Source of the DNA: the human T2T-CHM13v2.0 reference genome, Homo sapiens
Reading direction: 5' to 3' (one strand)
DNA: 64,000 nt
Assembly: GCF_009914755.1 (NCBI RefSeq)
Contig: NC_060947.1
The notes under the pieces: model-generated
Databases searched by the model: none
What the model was told of the DNA's origin: nothing
The model's input: only the letters and a program-made list of their open reading frames with translations
In this document: piece by piece, positions 30,511 to 47,900 of the stretch
How positions within the stretch are numbered: position 1 is the stretch's first letter
Layout: every line of letters starts with the position of its first letter
Translations under genes and position numbers: made by a program

Positions 30511-33500
30511 GCATTTCGTCCTATGTACCAGCAATGAAAAATTTGAATTTGAAATTAAAACAAAAATACCATTTACATTAGATCCCCCAGAAATGAACCT
30601 AACAACATATGTCCAACATCTGAATGAGGAAAACGATGACATTCTGATGAATGAAGACAAAACATAAACTGAATAAATGGAGAGACAGTCCATGAATAGA
30701 AAGACTCAATATTGTCAAGTTGTCACTTCTTGCCAACTTTGTCTACAGATTCAATGCAATCTCAGACAAATTATTAGGAAGTTATTTCACTTATTTTGTA
30801 GATATTGATAAATTGATTCTAAGGTTTGTGTGTAGAGGCAAATGATATAGAATAGCCAATAAAATACTGAAGAAGAACAAATTTGGAGTAGTGACACTAA
30901 CTGACTTCAAGATTTACTATAAAGCAACAATAATCAAGACAACGTGGTATTGGCAAAAGAATAAATGAACAAGTCAATGGAGCAGAATAGTTAGCCCACT
31001 AATAAACCTGAATACAGTCAACTAATATTTGACAAAGAAGGAAAAATAATAAAATAGACCAAAGATAATGTTTTAAACACATGGTGCTGGAATTATTGAA
31101 CATCCACATGCAAATTAAGTCAGTGTGGTATTGTTAAAAAAGAGACAGATTAATAAAACAGAATAGAGCCCAGAAAGAAACCCACAGAAATTGTCAACTG
31201 ATCTTTGACAAAGGAGAAAAAGCAATGCAATAGAGAAAAGATAGTGTTTTCAATAAATCATGTTGGATCAACTGGATATCCACATCCAAAAAAAAATGAA
31301 CACATAGACACTACACCCTTCATAAAAATTAACTCAAAATCAATCACAGACCTAAATTTAAAACATAAAATTATAAAATTCCCAGAAGACAGCATAGAAG
31401 AAAATCCAGATGTCCTTGCATTTGCAAATATTTTTAGATATGAAGGCATAATCTATGAAAAAACTGGTAAGTTGAACTTCATAAAAATTTAAAACTTCTG
31501 CTCTGAAAAATATATCACCAAGAGAATGAGAAAACAAATCAGACTGAGAGAAAATATTTGCAAAAAAAAAATCTGATAAGGAGATGTCATCCAAAATATG
31601 CAAATAATACTTAAAACAACTATTTAAAGAGAACAACTTGATTTAAAAGATGGGCAAAATATCTGAACAGAGATCTCACTAAAATCGACATACAGATGTC
31701 AAATTAGCATATGCCAAGATGTTCAACATTATATGTCATTAAGGAATGACATGTTAAAATTACGATAATATACCACTATACACCTGTAGAATAACCAAAA
31801 TCCAGAACACCAACACCAAATGTTGTCTGGGATGTTGAGCAACAAGAACTCTCATTCATCACTGATGGGAATGCAGAATATTGCAGCCACTTTGGACGAC
31901 TGTTTGGCAGTTTCTTTCAAAACGAAACATACTCTTGCCATGTCATCCAGCAACCAGACTCCTTGGTATTGACTCAAGTGAGTTGAAAACTTATGTCCAC
32001 AGAAGAACCTGCACATGAATGTTTATAGCAGTTTGTTCATAATTGCCAAAACTTGGAAGCAACTAAGGTGTCTTTCAGTAGGTGAATGGATAGGTAAACT
32101 ATGGTATGTTCAGACAATGCAGTATTATTCAGTACTAAAAAGAAATGAGTTATCTCCATGAAAAAACAGGGAGAAAACAAATTAATATTGCTAAGTAAAA
32201 CTAGTCAATTGTGAAGTCTATATACTGCATTATTCCAGACGAATGACATTTTGAAAAAGGCAAACCTGTGAAGACAGTAAAAAGATCAGCGGTTTGCCAG
32301 AGTTACGGGGAGGGAGGGATAATAATGAAGCTCAGAGGGTTTTTAGGGCACTGACAGAATTCTGTAGATCATAATGGTGAATATGTGTCATTAGACATTT
32401 GGGTAAATTGCTCACCTTTGTATCCCAAGAAAACTTGGGGCTCCTGGGCCTGTCAGAAAGTGGCATTCTTTACTTACCACCGGTTAGGAACCTGTACAGG
32501 AACTGTGTAGACAAGGTATGGGGCCAGTTTTCCCAATGGGCTTTTATTGGCTCTATAAGTCAACTTTGATTCCTTAAAGGAGTCTGTATCTGAAAGCATG
32601 CCATTCCAGTCAAAACCTTGATAAAATAACCAGTGTCTCCAATTGTGCCCTGTTATAAAAGATTCTTACTGCACTTATGCAAATAACTTTGTTGCCATAA
32701 GTTAAGAACACACACTAGTTTCCAAATGTTGGAGAAATCAGATAGAGGTAAATATGCTCCATATTTTATTAATAGGAGTGTATTTTACTCAATTGTTAAA
32801 AGCTATAAATAGCTCAAAAGAAAAGTTTTCTTGGCTCTGACAAAAGATCAGCAACATTTTAAGCAAAACATCATAAAAGGATTTATTTCAGTCTTCTATT
32901 AGTTTAGTCCATGCAGTTAACTCCTGTTATGCCTGATATTCATGAACATTACAGCTCTCCATGGGAGACTTGGAAGTTCTTCCTCTATTCTCGTGTTATC
33001 AGAAACTGCAGATCTCCAAAGTTATCAGAAACCTGCATTCAAGAGCACCTGTCAGAGTCCTATGCTGATTATAAAACCACCTTTTCAAAGGGATAAAAGT
33101 AAAACAACTGTGGATGATAAGACTTAGAACAGTCACAGTTAAAGACACAATTGACAAGGAAGGTTGGTTACTTCTGTGGCATAAAACAATTTTACATAAT
33201 AACCATAATTTCTACTGATAACATACACTAAGACATATCAGAATCACAGGAATTCCATATAATTCTGGAACACATAGTAATAACACATTTATATAAATAC
33301 AATCCAAAGAAGGTTAAACACTTTTCATATTTGACAATACTTCCTGTATGATTTTATTATATCAAATAAGCTGAATATGTCCCTTTTGAACTTCAGGGAA
33401 CTAATATAAAAAATGATGAGGACCAAAGTTAGAATTTGACTTTGGAAAGTTTGTCAAATATAAAAATTTAAAACATAAGATGTCACAAAATAGGATCACA

Positions 33501-34250
33501 GGTCATTGTAAAATAAGTCATTAATTCAGCCAAAGTGATAACTCAAAGATTTAAAAAAAAAAAAGGCAAAAACCTTTATTCTTTGAGAGACAGTTAATTT
33601 CCCCAACAATAAGCCCTAATAAAGATAGTATGAGGCCATTTAAATTTGTTTTTCAAAATTTTATAAACAATCTATAAAATTTTAATCATCTTGACCATAA
33701 GATATAGTTTCCAAAAGCCTTTTTGTAACCTTTACAACCTTTCATTAAGGAGTGGGTTAATGCTATAAGAAAACCGTGTTAATCTGACACATGGGGCCCA
33801 TATACTGGTCTTGGGTCAGTGTGCGTTTGAGGTTAATGATTAATTTGTAGAGAAACCAAACATACTTTATCTCTCAAAACTGGCCCTTACAATCTCACGT
33901 GCCCACCACTTCTGCAATAGTTCCAGGGCCTTGAGTTGAATAGTTTTAATTTCTGGCCCTGTGTCTCACGAATTCAGTCTATCTTGATTGGCATTTTCTA
34001 CCAGGTATTAAGATGAAGTTTTAACTGCTGTCAGTGTTTAAGATTTAGTAGGACTTTGGGTGCTTTTTAGACTCAGGATGCAAACCCCTTTATCAATGGT
34101 ATGAGAATTTTGAAACCATATACACAAAGTTACACAGATGTAATAACCTTTAAGTTTTTAAATCTGTTTTTTCTAAGCAAACCCAAACTTATTAATAATG
34201 ACATAGGAATTATTTTCGTGAAGTGTAAAATCTCTTTATTAGGACAATTA

Positions 34251-37031
<2,781 letters not shown>

Positions 37032-37683
37032 ACAATGAGATCACATGGACACAGGAAGGGGAACATCACACTCTGGGGACTGTTGTGGGGTGGGGGGAGT
37101 GGGGAGGGATAGCATTGGGAGATATACCTAATGCTAGATGACGAGTTAGTGGGTGCAGCGCACCAGCGTGGCACATGTATACGTATTTAACTAACCTGCA
37201 CAATGTGCACATGTACCCTAAAACTTAAAGTATAATAATAAAAGAAAAAAAAAGATAAAGAAAACAGAACCCCCAAAACGGAGTGAGTGTCATTATTTGC
37301 TCTGAGCTCTTCAAGGGGTTTTAGTCATTAGAAACCTTCTCTAGATTTTTCTTGGTACCGAAGATGGTGAAGGGGGAAGGAGGAATAGGGTGGAAGAAAA
37401 GTAAATGAAAGATCATTTTTTTAAAGACGGGAAGCAAACACAGAAGCCAAACACATGGTTTTGTTATTTTGTTTTTGTTTTCTTCTTTCCTTTTTGCAGC
37501 TGAAGGAATTTTAGCCAATTCAGAAAGGCCTTGTTTCCCATAATTTTGAGTTATCATTCGGATTTGACCAATTCAGGTAGAGTTGGTCAAATCTGATGGG
37601 AGAAAGACCTGAAAAACCAACAACAAAAAACCCCACAATATGATTACCAAGCACTCTAATGGTAAGGAGAAATTAAGCTACAC

Positions 37684-38192
37684 TGTTACCGGTGGAAGAA
37701 ATCCGTGTTATCAGCGGTGAATCTGTATAGATCGGCTGCAACCTCAATTCTTGCCTCCTCAGAAGAAAGAATATGAATGAGGGGCATAAGGCAGAAGAGG
37801 CCTAGGCAAGTTTCAGAGCAGGAGTAGAAGTTTATTAAAGGAAGGAAAGGAAAGAAAAAAAGAATAGTATAACTTTCAAGCGGCTGACTTGAGAAACCAA
37901 GTGCTCAGCCTGACCTCTTGACTTCGGGTTTTATACATTGCCATACTTCTGAGATCTTAGATTACTTCTCTGCACTCCTGAGATCTTATTGGGAAGTTTC
38001 TGATCAGTTTCAGGTGTGTTCTATCTACTAGGAGACTGCCTTTCCCTGGCACTGGCTGTGACCAATTATTACTTTAGAGAAACAGTTAAAAACCACCTGA
38101 CTGTCAACCTGATGGTCTCCCAACACTCCTGGTGTGTGTGTGGGTAGTTCTCCTCTGCCCTTTTCATACCTGAGTAACTATCTACTGTAATA
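37684..38192 (-). mobile_element. MER83-like ERV1 solo LTR
   Basis: Plus strand TGTTACCGGTGGAAG..CTCAATTCTTGCCTCCTCAGAAGAAAGAAT ends CTACTGTAATA. No clear TSD. Confidence 0.7.
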
Positions 38193-38633
38193 AGATGACT
38201 AAGAATTGTAACTTTAGCCAATATGAAGCTCCAATTCAACTACTTAACTAGGAGTGGGTCTCAGGCTGAAGACTGCTTTCTACCATTCTAGAAGCAGGAA
38301 AAAACTCAAACTCACCTTCCTTCCCTGTTGGAAGTGAGCTCAAACTACAGAAAGGTGTTAACTGCCTTCCATTGTCATGGAAGCAGGAAAACTTGCCTTC
38401 CTAGTTGGAAGCAAGTAAAACTCCAGAAAAAAGAATTGTACAGCAAAATAGTTTTTGATCTCAACCAAATTTTGGAAGATCAGGGGTTATCTGGAGGGAG
38501 AGGAGCTCCCAGCCCTCAGAAAATTGTCCTATTGGGTTTGAGCCATAAAGATAGCTCAAGCTGGTAGCAAGCCCTGATAGATTTGTCAAAGGTCAAGGCC
38601 ACCTCCACTCAATGTCCACTCATGGTTACTAAA

Positions 38634-39233
38634 AGTGAACCCCAAATATCTGAGACAGGTCTCGATTTAGAAAGTTTATTTTGCCAAGGTTAAGAATACC
38701 CACATGGCACAGCCTCAGGAGGTCCTGATGCCATGTTCCCAAGGCGATAGAGGCACAGCTTGGCTTTATACATTTTAGGGAGACATGAGACGTCAATCCG
38801 TATATGTAATATGTACATTGATTTGGTCTGGAAAGGCAAGACAACTCAAAAAGGGGAGGGTGCTTCCAGGTTATAGGTGGATGAGAGAAAAACGGTTTCA
38901 TTCTTTTGAGTTTCTGATTAGCCTTTCACTGAATGTGCAATTTATAGGAATAGTCACTTATGCATTAGTCTGGCTTAGTGAAGCAATAGGTCAATGGAAA
39001 CAATCAGATACGCGGTTGTCTCATGTGAGCAGAAGGATGACACTGAGTTCTGTGTGTCTGTTGTTCACAAGGAATTTCCTATGGGCAAATTGCGAGGAAG
39101 GTATGTAGATTTTTTTAATCTTTACGCTATCTTATTTAGGAATAGAATGGGAGGCAGGTTTGCCTAACGCAGTTAACAGCTTGACTTTTCCCTTTGGCTT
39201 AGTGATTTTGGGGAGACTTATTTTCCTTTCAAA
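38634..39233 (-). mobile_element. MER4A1-like 5' LTR of the provirus
   Basis: Minus strand starts (T)TGAAAGGAAAATAA..CAAAATCACTAAGCCAAAGGGAAAAGTCAAGCTG and is homologous to the LTR at 8868-13270. Confidence 0.87.
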
Positions 39234-39980
39234 AAACCAATAAAATATACAATACTAGGGCTGAACCCTAATATAAGCAACTATGGACTTTGGATGATAA
39301 TGATGTGTCAGTGTAGGTTTATTGATTGTAACAAATATACCACTCTGATGTAAGATGTTGATAATGAGGAAGTTTGTCTTGGGGATGGGTATCAGAAGGG
39401 ATATGGGAATTCTCTATATTTTCTGCTTAATTTTTCCATGAACTGCCAGCAAATATACATTTTTTTAAAAAAAATCAGCATTTTCTGTAGCTTTATAATA
39501 AATTTTGATACCTTGTAGTATAAGTTTTCCAACTTTGTTATTTCTTGTTTGAGATTGCCTTGTCTAATCTTGGCCTTAGTAATTTCATTTCAATTTTGAA
39601 ATTATCTCTTCAATTTTAGTAACATAATCATGTAGGATTTTGAATATACTTTCCATTTAATCTACAGATCAATTTTGGGAGAGTTGACATAATGAAAATA
39701 TTTTGTCTTAAATCCATGAGTATAGTAAATCTTTCCATTTATGTATGTATTCTTTAATTTATCTCATTAATGTTTGTCATTTTCAGAATAAAAGGGTTGC
39801 ATGTGTTTTGTGGTTTTCTTTATATGTTATGGATTTTGCTGTTATAAATCATTATTCTTGATTTTTCAATTTTGTTTTTGTTTGTATATAGAAATACAAT
39901 TCATTTTTAACTATTGATCTAATATAGGGTTCCTTGCTAAATTTACACATTAATCTTATTTGTTGTATGTTATTTTAGAT

Positions 39981-40267
39981 TTATTATTTTTTATTTTTAA
40001 TTATTATGGATACATAATAGTTGTACATATTTATGAGATACATACTGTATTTTGATATAAGCATACAACGTGTAATGTCAAATAATGGTAATTGGTATAT
40101 CCATCACCATAAGCATTTATCACTTCTTTGTGTTAGGTACATTCCAGTTCCACTCTTTTAGTTATTTCAAAATATATGATAAATTATTGTTAACTAATGT
40201 TCCTCTATTGTGCTCCCTCACACTAGATCTTATTGCCCCTATCTAACTGTATGTTTGTACCCATTAC
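39981..40267 (-). mobile_element. L1MA 3'-end fragment
   Basis: T-tail followed by TACATAATAGTTGTACATATTTATG..CATTCCAGTTCCACTCTTTTAGTTATTT. Confidence 0.7.
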
Positions 40268-40686
40268 ACACTATAAATGCTCCTGACAAGGATAGTTTTA
40301 TATTTTTTATTCTAGCTCTTCCCCCTACATCTTGTTTTCTTACTCTTATTTCATTGCTAGAGCCCCATGTACAATATCAAATAGAGAGTGGATAACAGGA
40401 AGCTTGGAATGGCTCTCTATTAAGATAGGGCCCATATAAGTAAGGTATTAATTTGTAATGTGGCATTTAAAGTTTGAAACTCATTTGGCAATAGCCAGAA
40501 ACAACTTGTTTACATTGTTTAGGAGTGCATGGGTTCGTGTTTTAAAGCTGGTTTAACCAGTTACATATCCAGACTTAGCTCCATGACAAATGGGGCATAA
40601 AACATGCTACTGGAAACATGAGCCTGAGATCTTCTGAAATCAAGGGCACATTTGTTTCTTTAAGTATAATAAAAAGGCCTCTCTCC

Positions 40687-41302
<616 letters not shown>

Positions 41303-42579
41303 TCCTTTCTCCAGGGAAAAGATCAGGTGATCTTACTATTATAAAGGTTTGGATTCCCTGTGCTTGAGGTTCCTCTCCAGTAATAGAACCTATTGCTTAT
41401 GCAGGTATCACCTTACCCTCCTCTCAGTGCCCTGTGTAAACTGGGGCCCAGGAAACTTGCAAAATTGCTAGTATTTTGACTACTGCATTATTGCAAGCAG
41501 TAAACTATACTTTGTTTCTGTTTGAAGAGTCTCATGCCTTCTGCCAGCATCAATGAAACCGTGGCAGATTAACTTGCCATCTTGCAAATAGAATAAAATC
41601 TCAGATTATTCATAATTTTAACACTATGCTACCCATGTTTTCAGAAATCCTCTTTGTGAGCAAGAAGTTTATCTAAAGAAAATTAAATTATATTTTAAAT
41701 AACAACTACAACAGTTAGGGGAAATTACTTTCAATTGGCTTTGTACAAATGCAAATGCTTATTAATGCAACGATTCAAGAAATTCAAGCTTAATTTTGTT
41801 AAGATTATTCCAAGTTTTGCTTGCTTTTCACCATCTTCTTTGATCTTGACTATTGGTAGTATATAGAAACCTACAAAAATAATCAAATGCTTATGCAATT
41901 TTGTCAGAGAGTAAAATATTCATAAAGATGCGATAACAAAAATTAAAAAACATAATTTATCAAGTGGTAAAGAGTAATTATTTTTATTTTATTTATCTTT
42001 TATTTCTAAAGTCAGAGATCATAGTATTAATTTCCCCAGATACATTTTGAAATGTTTTAGAGCACAATTTATTTTTAATTAGGGAAGAAGGATCGTTATT
42101 AATTATTTTCCATTCACTAAGACACTTCAGTTATGAAGAAATCTAGTTTAGGAACGCATGCCCTAATGAACCCCAAAATATTATTATTCTCCTTGTTTAC
42201 TATAGATATACAGGAGGTAACATACAGTGGTTTATTGTATTTCAATGTATGAACATAACAATCTATATTGAAAAGCAAATATCCATTTCAATGTTGTCTA
42301 TACTCATAAGTGTATTTGTTATAAAATGACAGTTTCAATAGGAAATAAGAGCTAAATCATTTTCTTTTATGTAAAAGAAGGTTTATTTATTGTTTTAATG
42401 ATGTTGGCATTTCATCATGCTCAAAGAATATTAAATATTTGCAAATATTTTTTATCTCAAGCCACCTCTCTATTATTGTATGTGGACAAATATTATTTGT
42501 TTAGGAATACACAATAAATGCATTGTGTAGCTCTGAATCAGTCAGTCTTGGGAATAAAAGGCAGATGAATCCCTAAGTT

Positions 42580-42965
42580 AGTGTAATTCTTGACAGAAAA
42601 CAGATGGAACACTAAATCAGTGTAGTTAAAGAGAGTTTAATAAAAATTACCATTTACCAAAATGTGAAAACAATGCAGTATGATAAAGTGCACTGATATT
42701 AACAACAGCAAAGAGACATTACCACTTTTAATTTTGAAGGGGTAACAGGAGGTATTAGATACAGAGACTTGGTGAGAACTCAAACTCTGGTTGTTGGATG
42801 GGGCCATCCAATAAAAGATGTGGCCCCTTATATAATGGTACAGGGCTCCTGACAACATATAATCTGATAAGAAAGGATCCAAAGCAATTGCTACCCTGAC
42901 ATTGCACTCTACCAATTTTTTGAGCTATTGATAATGTCTCTTATTGGCCATGCCCAACTTGAAGA
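42580..42965 (-). mobile_element. LTR33-like ERVL LTR remnant
   Basis: GAAAACAGATGGAACACTAAA..GAGAGTTTAATAAA and TCTTATTGGCCATGCCCAAC motifs. Confidence 0.4.
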
Positions 42966-43249
42966 CAGAGGCTCTGAGTGTCCCCATCCCCACAGCTCGC
43001 TGGATACAGCCCACACTACAGTTCTCTGATGGGTCCCATACTTGAGGCACTGGGAAGAGGCATGCTGGCCCACTTGAAACAGAGAGCAACTAGCTCTGCT
43101 GTTCCCATGCCCCCTCTCACCATGTACTCTGGGCCTATAGTGAGAGTGCCAGCCCTAATGATCTCTGAATCACCTTGAAGAAATAATTCCTCCCTGGTCT
43201 CAAAGAATAGCTAGTGCCTGGCTCCTGTAGATATGGCTGATTGGATCTG

Positions 43250-43411
43250 TAGTTCTTTTATAAATGCACTAATCCATTTCTGAAGGCTCCACCTTCATGA
43301 AATAATTATCTCCCAAATGCCTCCTCTCTTAATACCATTACATCAAAGACTAGGATTTCAAAAGATAAATTTGGGATGGTGGTGGGAAGACAGAAACATT
43401 CATCCCATAAC
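43250..43411 (-). mobile_element. MLT1A/MST-type MaLR LTR 5' fragment
   Basis: GCACTAATCCATT..GGCTCCACCTTCATGA..TAATACCATTACAT..AAACATTCATCCCATAACA. Confidence 0.65.
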
Positions 43412-43714
43412 AAAATCCTAACCTCCAATGTGATGGCATTTTGGAAATAATTAGATCATGAGGAGGGAGCACTAATGAATGTGTGTAGTTTCCTTATAAG
43501 AAGAAAGACAAGAGAGATTATTTCTCTCTAGGCCATGTGAGAACTCAATGAGGAGACCACTATCTGCAAGCCAGGAAGAATGCTCTCATCACACACCAGA
43601 TCTGCCAGTGCCTTGATTTTGGACTTCCCATACATTAAAACTGTGAGAAATAAATGTTTGTGTTTTAAGCCACCCAGTCTATGGTATTCTGTTGTAGCCT
43701 TCTGAGCTAAGACA
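43412..43714 (+). mobile_element. MLT1A0-like MaLR LTR (5' end missing)
   Basis: AAATCCTAACCTCCAATGTGATGG..TCTGCAAGCCAGGAAG..AACTGTGAGAAATAAAT..GAGCTAAGACA. Confidence 0.8.
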
Positions 43715-43809
43715 TCAGATAAATAGTTGCAAGGAAAAGGAATTTCCTCTGTTCTTAGTTGAATGTGTACATTCTAGCATAAATCTATGGCCATAATCTT
43801 GGCTACACT

Positions 43810-46800
43810 GCATTTATTTTTTAACAGCTTTAGTGAGACACAATTTGCATACAAAAATGTTTTGCAGTTTTTTTTATTTTGGAGGTTATATACTTCATTA
43901 GATTTACTTATAAGAGTATTTGATATTTTTAATGATGTAATTGCTATGATTTTTAAACTTTATTTTGTTTGCTTTATGTAAATAAATTCATCTCTTCTAT
44001 TTACTTTGTATACAATATATATTTCCTTAATTAATTGTAATATTCTCGTAGTAGCTTGTTACATACTTTCTATGCATTTGCAAAGACAAAGATTTTCTTT
44101 CTTCATTTCCAGTACTTATTGCATTGTCATTTCCTGCCATATTTTACTAGTTAGGTTTTCCAGTACAACATTGAATAGAGGTGGAGATAGTGTCCATCTC
44201 TTTTTCATTCCAAATATCTGGTGGAGTAATTAAGGTGCAGGTTTTGTGTGTATTTCTGTTATCAAATTGGGTGGTTTTCCTCATACTACATTTTGCTAAT
44301 ATGTTTTATTTATTGGAAATGAGTGTTGGAATTCTGGGTTTTGGTGTGACGTAAAAAAATGTGGAAGTCATTACTCCATTCTAACAATATGTAAAAAGAT
44401 GGACAAACTGAAAAATCAACAAATCTTAGATCCATCAGAGAGGCAGGATCACAGCAAGCCACTGCCTCCAAAATTGAGGAGACTGGTTGGAGAATGCCAA
44501 AATTTGTAACATCCATATAAGTTTCTGCTTTGTCTTTTAGGCTTAATAGCGTTTTGATTTATTGGATAATATCCCATTGTATCAATGTACCGAGGTTTAT
44601 TTATTCATTCACCTTTTCAAAGGCATCTAGGTTTCTCCCAGTTTTTGGCAATTATAAATAAAGCTGCTATAAATTCTTGTGTTCAGGTATTTGTATGCAC
44701 ATAAGCTTTCAAATAAATTGAGTCAGTACATAGGAATGAAGTTGCTGGATTATTTACCTTTGTATGAAACTGCCAAACTATCTTCTAAAGTGACTGCAGC
44801 ATTCTGCATTCCCCTCGGCAATGAACAAGACTTTCTGTTGGTCCACATCCTTGTAAGCATTTGTTATTGTCAAGTGTTTGGATTTTAGCCACTCTAAAAG
44901 CCATGTGGTGGTATCTCATTGCTTTAATTTACAATTTTTTTAATGACAAGTGATGTTGAGCATTCATATGCTTATTTGTCATCTGTGTATTTTTGGTGAG
45001 GGTCTGATTAGATCTTTTGCCTATTTTTCAGTTGGGTTGTTTTTTGTTGTTGTTGTTGATGTTGAGTTTCTAAAAGTTCTTCATATATTTTGGATACAAG
45101 TCATTTACCAGTTATGTGTTTTGCGGACATTTTCTCCAAATCTGGGGATTATCTCTGTAATCTCTCAACAATTTCTTTAGCAGATAAAAAGGCTTTTAAT
45201 TTTAATGAAGTCCAAATTATCAATTTTTTCTTTCAAAAACTATGCTTTTGGTATTTTATCTAAAAAGTCATCAACAAATTTAAGGTCACCTATGTTTTGT
45301 CTTGCAATCTACTAGAAGTTTTATAGTTTTGCATTTTACATTCAGATTTATAATCTTTTTTGAATTAACTTTTGTAAAAGATATAAAATCGGTGTCTAGA
45401 TTCATTTTTTGGCATGTGGATGCCCAATTTTTCAAGATGTTTCTGGAAAATACTGTATTTCTACCGCTGAATTGCCTTTGCCCCTTTGTTGAATTATCAG
45501 TGGACTAGATTTGTGTGTCTGCTTCCTTAGTTCCTTATACTGTTCCTTTAAATCTCTTCATCTACTATTTTTCCAATATGACATTGTTTTAATTATCGAA
45601 GCTTTACAGTTTGTCATCAAGTTAAGTATGGTCAATACTTCAACTTTGTTCTTCTTCATTATTGGGTTGGCTATTCTAATTATTTTCTCATTCCATAGAC
45701 ACTTGCTGGGATTTTGATTGGGAATGCATTGAATCTATAGATCAAGTTAGGAAGAACTAGATTCTTAACAATATTGAGCCTTCTTATTTACAAATGTTAA
45801 TAAAAGGTCTCCATGCATTTAGATCTTTCTTATATGTTTTCATAAGTTTTGTAGTTATCCTCATAAAGATCTTGTACATATTTTATTAAATTTTCCCCAA
45901 TTACTTCATATTTAGGTGCTGATGTAAATTTTATTGTTTTTAATTTTACATTCAAATTATTTATTGCTGGAATATAAGAAAGCAATTGCATTTTGTATAT
46001 TAACTTTCTGTGCTGCATCCTTGTAATAATCTTTTACTAATTCCAAGAGTCTTTTGCTAATTATTTGAAACTTTCTATATTAAAAATAATGTCATTTGTA
46101 AACAAATACAGATTTATTTTTCTTCCCAATTTGTATACCTTGTATTTTCTTTTTTTGATATACTGCATTAGCTAGGACTTCCAGTATAATTGTGAATAGG
46201 AATGCTGACAGGAGACAGACTTGCTTTGTTCACAGTATCATCACAAAGTATGACGTTCACTGTAGGCTTTGTGTAGATGTCCTTTATTAATATGGAAAGT
46301 TCCTCTTTATTCTTCATTTCTGAAGAGTTTTTATCATTCATGGGTTTTAGATTTTATCATATGCTTTTTTTGCATCTATTGATATTATCATGTATTTTTA
46401 GCATGTTTATGTGAAAGACTACAAATAACTGATATTTAAATGTTGAACTAGCATAAATATCTAGAATAAATCCCACATAGACATAGTGTATACATTTTTA
46501 TTCATTGCTGAATTTGATTACCCGACATTATGTTGAGGATTTCTCTATCTATGTTCATGAGAGACACTGATCTGTAGTTTTTCTCTCTTGTAATGCTTTT
46601 ATCTGGTTTTATTCTGAACTCACAATGAGTTAGAAAGTGTTCCCTCAGTTTCCATCTTCTGGACAAGATTACAGGGAATTGGCACAATTTCATCCTTAAA
46701 TGGTTGGTAGAGTTCTACAGTAAACTCATCTGGTCTGGTGCTTTCTGTTTTAGAGAGTTATTAATTAGTGATGTAATTTCTTTAATAAAGGAATATATAG

Positions 46801-47460
46801 ATTATCTTTTTCCTTTTGTGCTAGCTGTATAGATTGTAACTTTCAAGGAATTTTTAAAATTAAATCTAAATCATCAAATTTTTAAGTGTGCAGTTATTAA
46901 TAATATTCATTTACTGCCCTTTTAATGTTCATTGGAGTCAGTAATGATGGAGCGTTTATCATTTCAGAGGTTAATACTAATTTGTATTTCCTCTATTTTT
47001 TCTTGATTAGCCTAGCTAGAGGTTTATCAATTTTATTGATCTTCTGAAAGAACCAGCTTTTGATTTTATTATTTTTCTTTACTGTTTTCTTGTTTCAATT
47101 TCATTGAATTCTACTCTAAATTTTACTTTTTTCTTCTCTTTGCTTTCAGTTTATGTTGTTTTTCTTTCTACAGTATCCTGAAAAGGAAGCTTATACCATT
47201 CATTTTAGGTTTTTCTTTTTTTCTAATATACGAATTCAATGCTATAAGTTTTGTGTTAATCATTGCTATCACTGAATCTCACATATTTTAATAAGTTGTG
47301 TTTTCATTTTCATTCAGTTCAAAATATTTTTAAAATTTCTCTTGAGACTTCTTCGACCAATCTGCTATTTAGAAGTTTATTGTTTAATTTATAATTCTAA
47401 AAAATTTTCTAGCTATCTTTCAGTTACTTTTTCTAGTTTAATTCCATTGTGATATGATTT
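43810..47460 (-). mobile_element. Old L1M (L1MC/MD-like) fragments, mostly minus strand, with a plus-strand L1M 5'-end-like piece at ~44330-44510
   Basis: Minus-strand ORF2 remnants, e.g. ..REKNYRSVSLMNIDREILN.. (46502..46693). Confidence 0.7.
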
Positions 47461-47469
47461 GCGTTTGTT

Positions 47470-47875
47470 TGGTTGGTTGCCCAAAATATGAACCCAAAGG
47501 AGGCTCAAAGTGAGTGAATTGGAAATTGTCCACCTGCTTCGGCTCAATGTAGAGAAAAGTATTTAAAGGCTTAGAGAGTCTGGAATATTAGAGTAGATTT
47601 GTCTACTCTAATATTAAGACTTAATTATTCACACTGGGACGGTCCAGGAGATGTACCTTTCACCAAAACTGAGAAAAAATAAATCGATTACAGGAAGTCC
47701 CAGGATCCCTGAAGAATTTTGATCACTCTTCTCTGTAGGCCAGATCTTACAGAGGATAATGCAGTAACTGAATTGGGAAACTTAGATGCAATGGAAGTAA
47801 TTGGATAGCAGTGTGGCAGGAGGCAAGTGGCAGCACCAAACTGCCAAAGGCAAGGTAGGTATGTTTAACATAATA
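47470..47875 (+). pseudogene. ERVL internal (gag-region) remnant
   Basis: AAAGGCTTAGAGAGTCTGGAAT, CTCTTCTCTGTAGGCCAGA and CAAGTGGCAGCAC..GCCAAAGGCAAGGT motifs. Confidence 0.65.
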
Positions 47876-47900
47876 AAGAACACGACTACCCTGCCCCTAC

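Noticed and set aside
43250-43714. Inverted-repeat structure formed by head-to-head MaLR LTR pieces
   Set aside because: The two pieces are old, diverged LTR fragments with too little identity for a meaningful hairpin.
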